Of a DNA stretch of 64,000 nt, positions 47,658-58,000 are shown in pieces (positions within the stretch are counted from its first letter, which is position 1; each line of letters begins with the position of its first letter). Source of the stretch: Planctomycetota bacterium (GTDB taxonomy: Bacteria; Planctomycetota; JAJSAM01; JAJVHW01); assembly GCA_965248445.1 (NCBI GenBank), contig CBDFJG010000001.1, forward strand, positions 352,001 through 416,000, in the 5' to 3' direction. Under the pieces are notes generated by a model. It ran no database searches. It was given only the letters and a program-made list of their open reading frames with translations, and was not told the DNA's origin. The position numbers and the translations under genes were made by a program.

Positions 47658-48427
47658 TCACTTGCAGCGCAGGGTCATCGCGATCTCGCGGAGACGCTCC
47701 TCGGGGAGCGTGCCCACCAGGGCGCAGAGCGTGTCGGTCTCCGGACAGATGTACGTCACGACGTTCCGGCCGTTCTCCTCGGCGATCCACCAGTCCAGCC
47801 CGTCCCGCTCGACGTGGCGCCGGAACGACGGCGAGGAGCCGATCAGGTCGCTCCAGATCACCGTGAAGCCCTCGCCCCCCCCGCGCTCGTAGCGAGCACG
47901 CACGGCGCGGGCGCCGGCGCGGTATCCGACGTTCACGAGGTCGCCGACGCCGGTCTGCGAGTACTCGAGCAGTTCGATCGGCGGCAGGACGCGGTTCAGC
48001 AGGCCGTCGCGCTCACCGCTCGGCGGCAGCGCGGCGCCGTCGGCCGTGGTGGCCGCCGCCTCCATCGCCTGGAGATACGCGCACTCGAACGGCGGGATGC
48101 AGAGCGACCACATCGCGGTCACGGCAACGAGTGCGACCGCCGCCAGCGACGCGATCGCCTTGGCCTGTCGCCGGAACGGACGACGCGTCCCCCGGCAGGC
48201 TGTGTGGCCCGTTCGCGCGCCGCGGACAGCAGTCCCGCGAAGGCTGCGTCTTGCACGCCTGCGAGCATCGCGGAGCGCGATCGTTCCTCGAACACACGCT
48301 CGGCGTTGGCCAACTCGGCGCAGTCGGCGCACGAGGTCTCGTGGGTCTCGGCGGCACCCTGCTCCGCGCCGGACAACTCCCCGTCGATGTGGGTGAGCAC
48401 GTGCTTGCGGAAGGTCGCGCAATCCAT
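47658..48427 (-). CDS. ZAS (zf-HC2) transmembrane anti-sigma factor with a frameshift near 48178
   Basis: MDC...IDGEL...HETSCADC in one frame; TM and extracytoplasmic domain in another. Adding one C gives GGRVVPFRRQAKAIASLAAV. Confidence 0.8.
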
Positions 48428-49092
48428 CAGGCATCACCTTCCTTCAAGAGCCCGTCCCGCTTGACGAATCCGTGCTCCGCCGCGTAGCCGGCGAGTTCCT
48501 CGCGGATCTGCCGTCGTCCGCGGTGCAGACGCGACATCACGGTGCCGATCGGGATGTCCAGCGCGTCCGCGATCTCCTGGTACGACAGGTCTCCGAGCGC
48601 AAACAGCACCAGCGGAATGCGGAACGTCTCGCTCAGTCCGTCAACGGCGGCCTTCACGCGGTCGTCGAAGTGATGGTCCGCCAGACCGGGGAGTTCTCCG
48701 AGCGAACGGGTGTCCGGCTCCGGGTGGTCGTGGTCCGCCGGGCGCAGGTCCACTGGGTCCACGGCGGTCGGCGCCATCGACTCCCGCCGGATGCGGTTCA
48801 CGAAGACGTTGTGCAAGATGCGGAACATCCACGCCCGGAACCGGCTGCCCTTGCGGAAGCTGCCGAGGCTCCGGAACGCCCGGTACAGGGTCTCCTGAAC
48901 TAGGTCTTCGGCTTCGGCGCGGCGGCGGGAGAGCCGTAGGGCTGTGGACATCAGCGGGCGGTGGATCTCGAGGACCATCTGTTCGAACTCGTCGGGAGTC
49001 AGGGAACCGGCCTCGGCAGGGTCCCCAGCCTCAGAGGGAGCCTCGCCGTCGCCAGATCCTGGCCGCCGCGCAGAACCGTCCTCGCCGTCCAT
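48427..49092 (-). CDS. ECF sigma factor (SigR/SigH-like)
   Basis: AEDLVQET, FRAWMFRILHN, LSYQEIADALDIPIGTVMSRLHRGR; SD GAGG before ATG 49092. Confidence 0.92.
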   Translation of the reverse strand: MDGEDGSARRPGSGDGEAPSEAGDPAEAGSLTPDEFEQMVLEIHRPLMSTALRLSRRRAEAEDLVQETLYRAFRSLGSFRKGSRFRAWMFRILHNVFVNRIRRESMAPTAVDPVDLRPADHDHPEPDTRSLGELPGLADHHFDDRVKAAVDGLSETFRIPLVLFALGDLSYQEIADALDIPIGTVMSRLHRGRRQIREELAGYAAEHGFVKRDGLLKEGDA

Positions 49093-49171
49093 GTATTCCT
49101 CGCCGCCTCGATGGACCGGCCGGGGCTCATGCCCAGGCACCCCGCCTACCGAAAGGAACTCTGAGACTCGC

Positions 49172-49591
49172 ATGTGGTGGTACAGCGACCAGAAGAAGAA
49201 CCCGAGCACGGCCCCGGTCGCGGCTCCGGCGGTCCCCGACACGTCCGGGGATCCGTACGCCGCGCTGGACGCCGCACTCTCCGACGCGCTGCGCGAACTG
49301 CCGCTGCTGTCCCACGCGCTCCTCGCGATGAGCCTGCTCGTGGACCACTCGGTGCACTTCGCCGACGGCACCGAGCTGCCCTCGATGACCTGGCAGAAGG
49401 CGGAGGCGACGGTCGCCCGGACCCGCGGTCCGGACAACCCGAGCCGGCTCTACAACGCGTTCGCCCAGGAGCTCGGTGACGGGTACTCGCTGCGCACCGA
49501 CCTCCCCCCCGAGCAGTCCGCGATCCTGACGCAGCTCCGGCAGGCGCTGCTCAACTCGAGCGCGATCAAGTCGCTCGAGAGCGCTTCCTGA
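49172..49591 (+). CDS. Hypothetical protein
   Basis: Coding-like codon pattern and AAAGGA upstream; no recognisable family. Confidence 0.6.
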   Translation: MWWYSDQKKNPSTAPVAAPAVPDTSGDPYAALDAALSDALRELPLLSHALLAMSLLVDHSVHFADGTELPSMTWQKAEATVARTRGPDNPSRLYNAFAQELGDGYSLRTDLPPEQSAILTQLRQALLNSSAIKSLESAS

Positions 49592-50021
49592 CGCGCACTT
49601 GCGTCGGATCCGCCAGCCGCAGATACAGGCGCCCGTTCTCGGGGTCCCCCAGCTCGACGTAGACCGGCCCGCTGTCGGGTTCGACCACCAGCGCGCGCGG
49701 CGCGGGTTTTCCGTTCACTAGGGTCCCGTTCGCGGAGAGATCGCGTATCTCGACGCGGCCGTTACCGACGTGCGCGATCTCGCAGTGAACGCGGGAGACA
49801 CGCCGGAACGCCGGCGACTTCATGACGTCGCGGGGCCGCGGGTGGTGCAGGAACGCGCTCGTCTGGCGCAACGAGACGTGACACGTGCGACTGCGTCCGA
49901 CGACCACCGTCCCGCCGTGGCGGACGATGCGGAGCACGCCCTCCAGGAGTCCGCCCCGGCCCTCCACGACGAGAACCGGGCGCTTTCCACGCTTTCCACT
50001 GCTGCCGGACGATGCACTCAT
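49566..50021 (-). CDS. FHA domain protein
   Basis: VVGRS, VSRVHCEI, DLSANGTLVNG; TGATG coupling to the kinase. Confidence 0.88.
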   Translation of the reverse strand: MSASSGSSGKRGKRPVLVVEGRGGLLEGVLRIVRHGGTVVVGRSRTCHVSLRQTSAFLHHPRPRDVMKSPAFRRVSRVHCEIAHVGNGRVEIRDLSANGTLVNGKPAPRALVVEPDSGPVYVELGDPENGRLYLRLADPTQVRVRKRSRAT

Positions 50022-53000
50022 CAGCGCTTCCTCAGCCAATCATCGTCGAGCCACCCGGACACGCGCAAGTTGTCGATCTCGCCGCTGGTGTAGGACAGGA
50101 TCACGATCCGCCCGGAGAGATCGCCGTCCGAACCGGGGCGCACCTCCGTCGTGGCCACCCGGCGACCGTCGACGTAGAGCGATGCATCGCGCTCGTGCTT
50201 GACGAAACGCACGCGGTAGGAGCGCCCGGCCTCGAACTGGAACAGGGTCGTGTCCCCGTCCTTCTGCAGAACGTCAGGATTGCGATTGAGGTACGGCGTA
50301 CGGAACCGTTCTCCGAACGCGCGGTCCGGGCGCTCGAGCGAGGTCGCGTGCCAGATGCGGACGCCCCGCCCGCCCTCGCGTACGTCTGCTGCCGAGAGCA
50401 CACCCGCTGCCGTGCCGTGCACCGACACCATCAGGAACAGGGGGGACTCGCTGCGATACAGGAACGAGATCTCGATCCCGCGTTGCGGAACAAACGGATG
50501 CCACACCTCGACGGGGAACGCGCTCGGATGGTGGTCGGGAACACCATCCCACGGCGCCCATGCCAGGTAACGGTCATCGCGCTCGTTCCCGCCGGGCGTA
50601 CCGCCTTCGGGATGGTCGGCGACGAGCAGTTTCCGCGAGTGGATGGCAGTCCGGTCCTGCGCCAGAGACGTGGCACGCTCCGCGTCCGGATCCTCGAAGT
50701 CGATCACCATCTCGGCACGGCCCTCGCCGCCGTCCAGGAGCCGGGCGCCCGGCAGCCGCTCGGCGAATCGCGCGGTGGCGCGCCCACGATCGGCGCGGTC
50801 GCGATCCGCCCCGATCTCCTCTCGCCGCGACCGCACGTAGCGCGTCTCGCGCAGTCTCTCCAGCTTGAGAAGCAGGTCGAGATCGCGGTGAGCGTCGACG
50901 TAGCGCCCGTCGGCGATGGCCTGCAGCGCATCATCGTGTCGGTCCTGCGCGAGCATCTCCGCGTCGGCGATCTCGGTCTGCGCAATCGCGATGAGTTCCC
51001 GGCGGCGCGCCGCGATGCGCGAGACGACCGGCAGCAACTGCGGGTCCTTTCCGGCCCGCTCCACGTACTGCTCGACCTTCGCGAGGCGCTTCTCGATCTT
51101 GCGCGGATCGCGCTCCCGGCGCGGCTCGAGCACAACCAACGCGGCGAAGACGGCCGCACCGGAGGCGTCCGCTCCTGGCAGGCCGGAGTAGTTGATCAAG
51201 TCCACGGGGGAGACATCGCGTAGTGACCCGCTGAACGCGAGTCCCTTGCCGTGCTGGAATTCGAGCCGATCGTCGTCGCGGATCGTCACATCGCGCAGGT
51301 CCTGCAAGCGCATGCTGCCGCCCACCAAGAGCCCGTCGTCCAGCGGTCCGGTGCGCAACCGCCGCACGAGCGCTCCCCAGGCGCGCTCCTCGATCAGATC
51401 GACGAGCCGGATCGCCGCTGCCGCGAACTCCGCTCCGCCGCCGTCGTCTCCGGGACGCCCCTCCAGCAGAGCGGCCAGTTCGACGGCCGTCCCGCGCGCC
51501 CCGCCGTACTCCCGGCGGCCGATCGACGCGAGGTACGTTCGCACGGCAGCGTCGGTCAGGCGGACCGCCTCTGCCGCACTGGCCTCCCGACGGCCGGTCA
51601 GGTCGCGGCGCAACTTGTCCGCCGCCAGCCGCTCCTCGGTCAGCGCGACGCGTCCGAACTCGTCCAGCAGCTGTTCCGCGTCTCCGAGGTGTCCGCGAGC
51701 CGCGAGCCGCGCCGCCTCCGCGCGGACGGACTCCAGGCGTCGCGCGGACGCCGCGACGAGACGTACGTATCGCGCTTCGCGTTCATCGTTGATGGCGCCG
51801 CGACGCGCGCCCTCGGGCGGCAGGCCGGCGAGGCGGGACGCGAGGTCCGCGTCGCCCTCCGCGGCCAGGAAGGCCTGGAAGAGCCGCTCCTCCAGGTCCT
51901 GCAAGTCCGCCTCGCCGAGGTCCTTCGTGCGTACCGCCAGGTCGTAGGCAGCGAAGTGACGGAGCAACTGCGTCCGCGAATCCGTGAACTGGTCCCGCAT
52001 CGAATCGAGCCGGTCCGCCAGCGGCGACTCCCGCCCCGCGCCGTAAAGGACGCGGCGCATCTCGTCCGCGGCGGTCGAGAGATACGAAGGCGCCTCGTCG
52101 AGGGACAGCTTTGCCACCAACTCGACCGTGCCGCCGAGCATCGTCTCGGCACATGTGTCCCGGCGTCCGCGCGCAACCGTCAGCAGTTTGACGAGGCGGC
52201 CCGCGGCAACGCTCGCGTCCGCGTCCTCGTTGAGACGGGTGCGCTCCGCGCCGAGGTCGTCGAGCAGTGCGGGCCAGGCCGACGGCTCGACGTCGTCCGC
52301 GCGCAGACTCAGTTCCTGAACGCGCAGGATCGCGCCCTCCTGGCGCCGCCACCCGGAGAGTTCGATGAGCGCGGTGTCCGCGGCGGTTGTGCCGGGGTGC
52401 TCCGAACGCACCTCCGTGAGCCCCGCAATCATGGCCGCCACCGTGTCGCCGGACCATGTGTCCGGCGTCCCCGGGCGCACCAGCACCGCGTCCAGGTCCC
52501 CCCGCGCGCGGAGTTCGCGGTCCGCGTGCTCCCGCGTCTCCTGCCAGTTAACGAACCACGCCGCGCCGCCGGCGACGAGCACGGCGCCGGCAAGCGACCA
52601 CCCCACGACACGGCGGCGGCGGCGAGATGTGACGAACCGCTCGATGTCGCCTTCGAATCCCGCCGGGACCGTGAGCTTCCCGCGGGTCAGCGCATCGACG
52701 TCGCGCAGCAGCGCGGTGGGGTCCGGATAGCGGTGACGGCGGTCCTTCGCCATCATCCGCTGCACGATGTAGACGATCTCTTCCGGCGTCCCGGGGGCGG
52801 CCTCGTCCAGCGGGACCGGACGCTCGTAGAGCACCTTGGTGAGCGTCGCCGCGAGCGTGTCCGCCTGGAACGGCGGGCGGCCCGCGAGCATGGCGTAGAG
52901 AGTCGCGCCCAGGGAGTAGATGTCGCTGCGGATGTCTGCGTCGCGCGGGTTGCGCGCTTGCTCCGGCGAGATGTACTGCGGCGTTCCGAGCGTCGCATCC

Positions 53001-53698
53001 AGTTGCGTCAACGCATCGTCGCTCTCGCCCTTGGCGAGTCCGTAGTCGGTCAGGCACGGCTCGCCTTCCTTCGTCAGCAGGATGTTGCCCGGCTTGATGT
53101 CGCGATGCACCACGCCGTGTTCGTGCGCGTGACACAGCGCGTCCGTCAGCTTCCGCACGAGGTCGATCGCGTCGTCGGGTGGGAGCGGGCCGGACTCGCG
53201 GATCCTCTGTTGCAGCGTCTGGCCGTCGGCCAGATCCATCACGAACCAGATCAGCCCGTCGGTCTCGCCCGAGTCGAGGCCCTTCACGATGTTCGTGTGA
53301 TCGAGGCGCCCCACGAGCGCTGCCTCACGCTGCAGTCGCTCCACCTGTCGCGGGTCGTCCGTCAGATCGCGACGGAGGATCTTGATCGCGACATGTCGTT
53401 TCATCCCCCGCTGGTGCGCCCGGTAGACCGACCCCATGGCGCCGCTGCCGATGCGGGCCTCGAGCGTGTAGCCCGGGATCGGCTCGCGGCCGGAGCGCAG
53501 CCCCGCCGACCGGGCCACCAGGGCCGCGTCGCCCTCGCGCAGCACGCCCCGCTTGACCAGCACATTGCGGAGGGAGTCGCCGACCCCCATCTCGTCCATG
53601 CGTGCCTGGACCCCGAGACTCTCCTGCACGTCGGCCTCGGTCAGGTAGCCGGCCTTTACCGCGTGCTCCGCAAAGAGGAGGTCATCGTTCGCCGCCAT
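50021..53698 (-). CDS. Membrane Ser/Thr protein kinase (Hanks type) with large extracytoplasmic region
   Basis: IGSGAMGSVY, VAIK, HRDIKPGN, DYGLA, GTPQYISPEQ; TM after RRRRR. Confidence 0.95.
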   Translation of the reverse strand: MAANDDLLFAEHAVKAGYLTEADVQESLGVQARMDEMGVGDSLRNVLVKRGVLREGDAALVARSAGLRSGREPIPGYTLEARIGSGAMGSVYRAHQRGMKRHVAIKILRRDLTDDPRQVERLQREAALVGRLDHTNIVKGLDSGETDGLIWFVMDLADGQTLQQRIRESGPLPPDDAIDLVRKLTDALCHAHEHGVVHRDIKPGNILLTKEGEPCLTDYGLAKGESDDALTQLDATLGTPQYISPEQARNPRDADIRSDIYSLGATLYAMLAGRPPFQADTLAATLTKVLYERPVPLDEAAPGTPEEIVYIVQRMMAKDRRHRYPDPTALLRDVDALTRGKLTVPAGFEGDIERFVTSRRRRRVVGWSLAGAVLVAGGAAWFVNWQETREHADRELRARGDLDAVLVRPGTPDTWSGDTVAAMIAGLTEVRSEHPGTTAADTALIELSGWRRQEGAILRVQELSLRADDVEPSAWPALLDDLGAERTRLNEDADASVAAGRLVKLLTVARGRRDTCAETMLGGTVELVAKLSLDEAPSYLSTAADEMRRVLYGAGRESPLADRLDSMRDQFTDSRTQLLRHFAAYDLAVRTKDLGEADLQDLEERLFQAFLAAEGDADLASRLAGLPPEGARRGAINDEREARYVRLVAASARRLESVRAEAARLAARGHLGDAEQLLDEFGRVALTEERLAADKLRRDLTGRREASAAEAVRLTDAAVRTYLASIGRREYGGARGTAVELAALLEGRPGDDGGGAEFAAAAIRLVDLIEERAWGALVRRLRTGPLDDGLLVGGSMRLQDLRDVTIRDDDRLEFQHGKGLAFSGSLRDVSPVDLINYSGLPGADASGAAVFAALVVLEPRRERDPRKIEKRLAKVEQYVERAGKDPQLLPVVSRIAARRRELIAIAQTEIADAEMLAQDRHDDALQAIADGRYVDAHRDLDLLLKLERLRETRYVRSRREEIGADRDRADRGRATARFAERLPGARLLDGGEGRAEMVIDFEDPDAERATSLAQDRTAIHSRKLLVADHPEGGTPGGNERDDRYLAWAPWDGVPDHHPSAFPVEVWHPFVPQRGIEISFLYRSESPLFLMVSVHGTAAGVLSAADVREGGRGVRIWHATSLERPDRAFGERFRTPYLNRNPDVLQKDGDTTLFQFEAGRSYRVRFVKHERDASLYVDGRRVATTEVRPGSDGDLSGRIVILSYTSGEIDNLRVSGWLDDDWLRKR

Positions 53699-53758
53699 CT
53701 CCCAGATGATACGGCGCGCCGGTCATCTCGGTTCCCGGCAGCAGGAGGAGCGAGCGGC

Positions 53759-54253
53759 GTGGATCCCCTGGGCGATCTCCCGATGGTGGCGAGGCTGACG
53801 GTCCGGCTCCTGGCCGACGGGCACGTACTCGAGGACGTCGGCAGGGTGATGCGGCTGGGGCCTGTCGCAATCGAGAGAGCCCTCCGGTCGGCACTGCGCC
53901 TCCGTGGACTTCCCAGCCCGACCCGCTCTCTGGGGCTCGCCGAGCTGCTGCGCGCCGCTGAGCCGCTCTGCCGGGAGGCGGCTCGGGCCGAGGGGCAGCC
54001 GGCTACCGCCTGCCCGCCGCACGATGTGATCGGCGCGGCATGGCGCGGCGAGCTGGACGGTCCACTCCTCCTGGCGACAGCCGAGCACCTGGCCGATTGC
54101 GGCCCGTGCCGCCGCCTGGCGCCCACGCCGGTGCCGAAGGCGGACAGCACGGGCGCCGAGCGCTCGGGTTGCCTGAGTGTCCTCCTCGCGGTGGCTTGCC
54201 TCGCTGGCGGAGTGCTAGTCGCCGGGCTGTGGTGGGGAGATCTCGGCCAGTGA
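53759..54253 (+). CDS. Small protein with HTH-like N-terminus, HxxxCxxC zinc motif and C-terminal TM
   Basis: SD AGGAGG before GTG 53759; CP...GEL...HLADCGPC; hydrophobic tail. Confidence 0.6.
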   Translation: MDPLGDLPMVARLTVRLLADGHVLEDVGRVMRLGPVAIERALRSALRLRGLPSPTRSLGLAELLRAAEPLCREAARAEGQPATACPPHDVIGAAWRGELDGPLLLATAEHLADCGPCRRLAPTPVPKADSTGAERSGCLSVLLAVACLAGGVLVAGLWWGDLGQ

Positions 54254-54901
54254 CGCCAGCGCGGCCTGGACGAGTTCGGACGGCAGCAAGTCCCCCGCTG
54301 CAGACAGCGCGGCCCGGACGTCCTCCTCCGTCGCGCCGCACGCCACTGCACCCCGAACGTGGCCGCGCAGCTGGTTGGGCAACTGCAACGCGGTGAGCAG
54401 CACGACGGCGAGACACTCCCGCGTCGCAGCGGAGAGCCCGGGGCGAGACAACACGCGGCCGTAGGCGCTCTCGAGCACCCAGCCCGGCACGTCGGGATCG
54501 AGGGTGCGTATCCGGTCGAGGACGCGGTCCGCAGCAGCGCCGTAGACGCGGTCGAAGAACGCGCGGCCGCGAGCGCGAAACTGCGGCCCGTCGCCCTTCT
54601 CGGGCTCCGCCGGTCCTGTGTCGGGCTCCGCCGGGGCGACCACCCCCGCACGAGCGCACGCGACGGCGAACGCCTCGAGAGCGTCCAGGGCACGCGGGAA
54701 GCCCCCGAACGGTGCCAGCATGAGAAGCGCCTCCCGCATCCGGCTGAGCGGGACCCCGTCCCCGATCGCAGCCTCGAGGGCGAGGGCGAGCGCAGCGCCG
54801 GACCCCACAGCCGCCGCGGCCACCACCTCGGCGAGCCGTGGCAGCCATGGGAGATCCGCCTCCCGCTCCCGTGGTTCGTCCGGCCGGCCGTCTGGGCTCA
54901 T
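54215..54901 (-). CDS. Carboxymuconolactone decarboxylase (CMD) family protein
   Basis: AYGRVLSRPGL, TRECLAV, QLRGHVRGA; GGFPRAL in the N-terminal half. Confidence 0.85.
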   Translation of the reverse strand: MSPDGRPDEPREREADLPWLPRLAEVVAAAAVGSGAALALALEAAIGDGVPLSRMREALLMLAPFGGFPRALDALEAFAVACARAGVVAPAEPDTGPAEPEKGDGPQFRARGRAFFDRVYGAAADRVLDRIRTLDPDVPGWVLESAYGRVLSRPGLSAATRECLAVVLLTALQLPNQLRGHVRGAVACGATEEDVRAALSAAGDLLPSELVQAALASLAEISPPQPGD

Positions 54902-55047
54902 CGACGACCACGGTACCGGGGCCGAGGTCCGCCTCAAGCCCGCTGCCTGGACCGACCGATACGAGCCTGGTGGCCGTGCGCACGCTGCGCACGCGTCGTC
55001 GCCGTGGTGAGCCCGAGATGGGCGTTCACTGTGGAGGAGGAACTGAG

Positions 55048-58000
55048 ATGACGGCTCTGCGCGGGAACCTGAACTCGGTCGATCTCGCGAACGTGTTCCA
55101 GATGCTGTCGATCAACCAGAGCGAGGGCACGCTCTACATCCACTCCCCCGAAGGCCGCAAGGCGATGCACTTCGGGCCGGACGGAGTCTCCGTCCTCGCC
55201 CGCGGGCCGTCCCAGCAGGACGCGCTCGGCCGCATCCTGATCCGCCAGGACTGGCTCACCCCCGGCCAGCTCCAGGCCGCGTTGCAGCGCCAGGAAGAAG
55301 GCAGCGGCCGGCTGCTCGGCCAGGTACTCGTCGAGCAGGGTGCGTGCACACGCGAGCAGGTAGAAGACGCGCTGCGCATCCAGATCGAGGAGGAGATCTA
55401 CGCTCTCTTCCTGACCGAGGGCGCGCAGTTCGAGTTCGATGCGGGCGACCCGCCGGCCGAACTGCTGGACCAGCCCGACATCAAGAGCGTCACGTTCAAC
55501 GTGAACAGCTTGATCATGGAAGCCGCTCAGCGCATCGACGAGTGGGAGTGGGTGCGCACCGTCGTGCCCAGTGCGCGCGTGATCTTCCGCTACTCCGGGA
55601 AGAACGTCTCGCTCGACGACCCGATCTTCCAGGACGCGCGCGCCGGCAAGGTGCTCGCGTCGGTGGACGGACGGCGCAACATCGACGAGATCATCGAAGA
55701 GTCGTTCGTCAGCCGCTTCGACGTCTGCAAGATCACTGCGCTGCTCGTCGAAGCGGGCGCACTCGAAACGGTCCCGGTCGCCGAGCTCCGCGAGGCCGCG
55801 GGAGAAGCGCTCGCAGCGGGAGACACAGACGCCGCGACGAAGTTCCTCTCGCAGGTCATCGAGGGTCATGGCGACACGCCGGACACGCACCGGCAGCTGG
55901 CCGAGGTGCTCGAGAGCGAGAGAGAGTTCGCGCGGTCCGCGTTCCACTACCGCGTCTGCGCGGAGGTGCGCGTCGACAACGGCGACGCCAAGTCCGCGTT
56001 CGAGATCTACGAGCGCATTCACGAGTTCCTGCCGACCGACCTCTCGGCGGCGGACCGGATGATCGAGATCTACGCGATGAACCCGGACGGCCGGGAGTCG
56101 CGTGCGCCGGAGATGATCCGGCTGGGCACCGAGCTGGCGGAGATCTACACCGACCTCGCCCGCCCGAGCCGCGCGATCCAGGTCCTGCACCGCGTCGTGT
56201 CCCTCAAGCCCGACGATGAGGCGCTGCGTCAGCGGCTCATCGACGTCTACATGGCCACGGGCATGACCGGCGAGGCGATCGCGGAGTACGAAGCGATCGC
56301 CGAGACCGCACTCGCGACCGGCAACGACAAGCACGCCGAAGCGGTGTTCCGCAAGGTGCTGTCGATCGACCGCGGACGGGACGACATCAACGGGCGCCTC
56401 AACAGGATCCTGCTGAAGCGCACGCGCGCCAAGCGGTCGAAGCGGCGCGCGCTGCTGGTCATCCTGCTCATCGTGCTCGGCGTGACCGCGAGCGCCGGTG
56501 CCTGGCACTTCTGGACGATCTACAGCACCAAACGCACGCAGCAGAGCGTGCAGGCCACGTCGCAGCTCGCGAAGGTCGGAGAGCAGTACGCAGCCACGTT
56601 CGATGAACTGCGTGGCGAGGTCGCCAAGCTGGCGGCGCGACTGGGCGATCCGCCAGCGCTGCTCGAGCTGCGTCAGCAGCGGAGCGGCGAGTGGACGGAG
56701 CTGGTCACGCGCGCAAATCAGGCCGCGCAGGCGTACCTGTCGGTCGCCGAGGAGTTCCCCGGCACCGAGGCGGGCGAGCACGCACTCACCGAGGCGGAGG
56801 CACTGCGCAGCCACCTCGAGGGCGTCAAGGGCCTGGAAGCCGACGCGGAGGAACTGCTGACCGCACGGGCCAAGCAACTGCTCATGGACGCCGAACGACT
56901 CGATCGCGAGACGACGCCCACGCCTGCCCTGCTCGAGGCGTTCGAGGCCGCCCGCGCATACGCCGAGCACTGCCCTGCCTTCATCGCCACCGAGCGCGGG
57001 CAGCGTCTCATGGACTGGGAGAAGGACCTCCGCCACAACCTGGCGGCGTTCGAAAGCGCGAAGGAGACCGTCGAGGACCTGATGGCAGGCGGCGATGCCG
57101 ACGGCGCGTTCCAGCGCGCCATGACCTACCTGTCGAACTACCCGCCGATGGACCTGGCAGCCCAGGTCGGCATCCCCGTGAACGTGACGACGCTGCCTGC
57201 AGGGGCCAAGGTGCTCATCAACGGCGAGGAGCGCGGCTTCACGAACGGCTGGGTGCTGATCTCGCCCCGCGCAGACTCCAAGATCGAACTGAAGCGCTCG
57301 GGCTACGAGACCTTCGAGATCCAGCGCGACGCAATCACCGAGCCGAACCCAAGAGAACTGCGCAAGCTGATCGATAGGGAGATCACGGCGACGCTCCAGA
57401 AGAGCGTCGCGTTCCAGTCCGCACCCATCGGGGCGGAGCTGACGTCGGTGACCGTCATCGGCAACCGCGTGATCGTCGGGACGCGCGGGGACAAGCAGGA
57501 GATGATCCGCGTTCCGGGCGGTCAGTTCGAGTGGGCGCTCCGGACACCGAACCCCGGCGGCGTCGTCGCACGTCCTGCAGTGAGCGGGAGCGTCGTGGCG
57601 ATCCCGGGCGTCGACGGCGTCGTGTACTTCTTCGACGTCGACTCTCGCGATCCGCTCGGCTCCGTGAAGGTCGAGGGGCAGATCTGGAGCGATCCGGTCC
57701 TCGCGAGCGGACGCCTGGTAGTCGCTGATCTGTCCGGGCGCGTGACCGGCATCGACATGGCGAGCCGCGAGGTGGCGTGGCGCTATCCCGCCGACGGCGC
57801 GGCGCCTGTCGGGGCGGGGTTCCGCGCAAGTCTCGTCGCGGTCGCGGACCACGTGTTCGCGGCAACGGTCGACGGCGAGGTACATGTCATCGACGCGCGC
57901 AGCGGGCGCCGCACCGAGCGCATCGATCTGGACCCGAAGGACGACGCGGGTGCGGTGCAGGGCATCGCCGTGACGTCTTCTCAGATCATCGCGGTGACGG

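Noticed and set aside
51251..53758. N-terminal part of the 1000-aa plus-strand ORF
   Set aside because: Antisense to the Ser/Thr kinase; only 53759-54253 looks coding.
54215..54901. Second CMD protein as another selenoprotein
   Set aside because: No CxxC/CxxU motif and no in-frame TGA.
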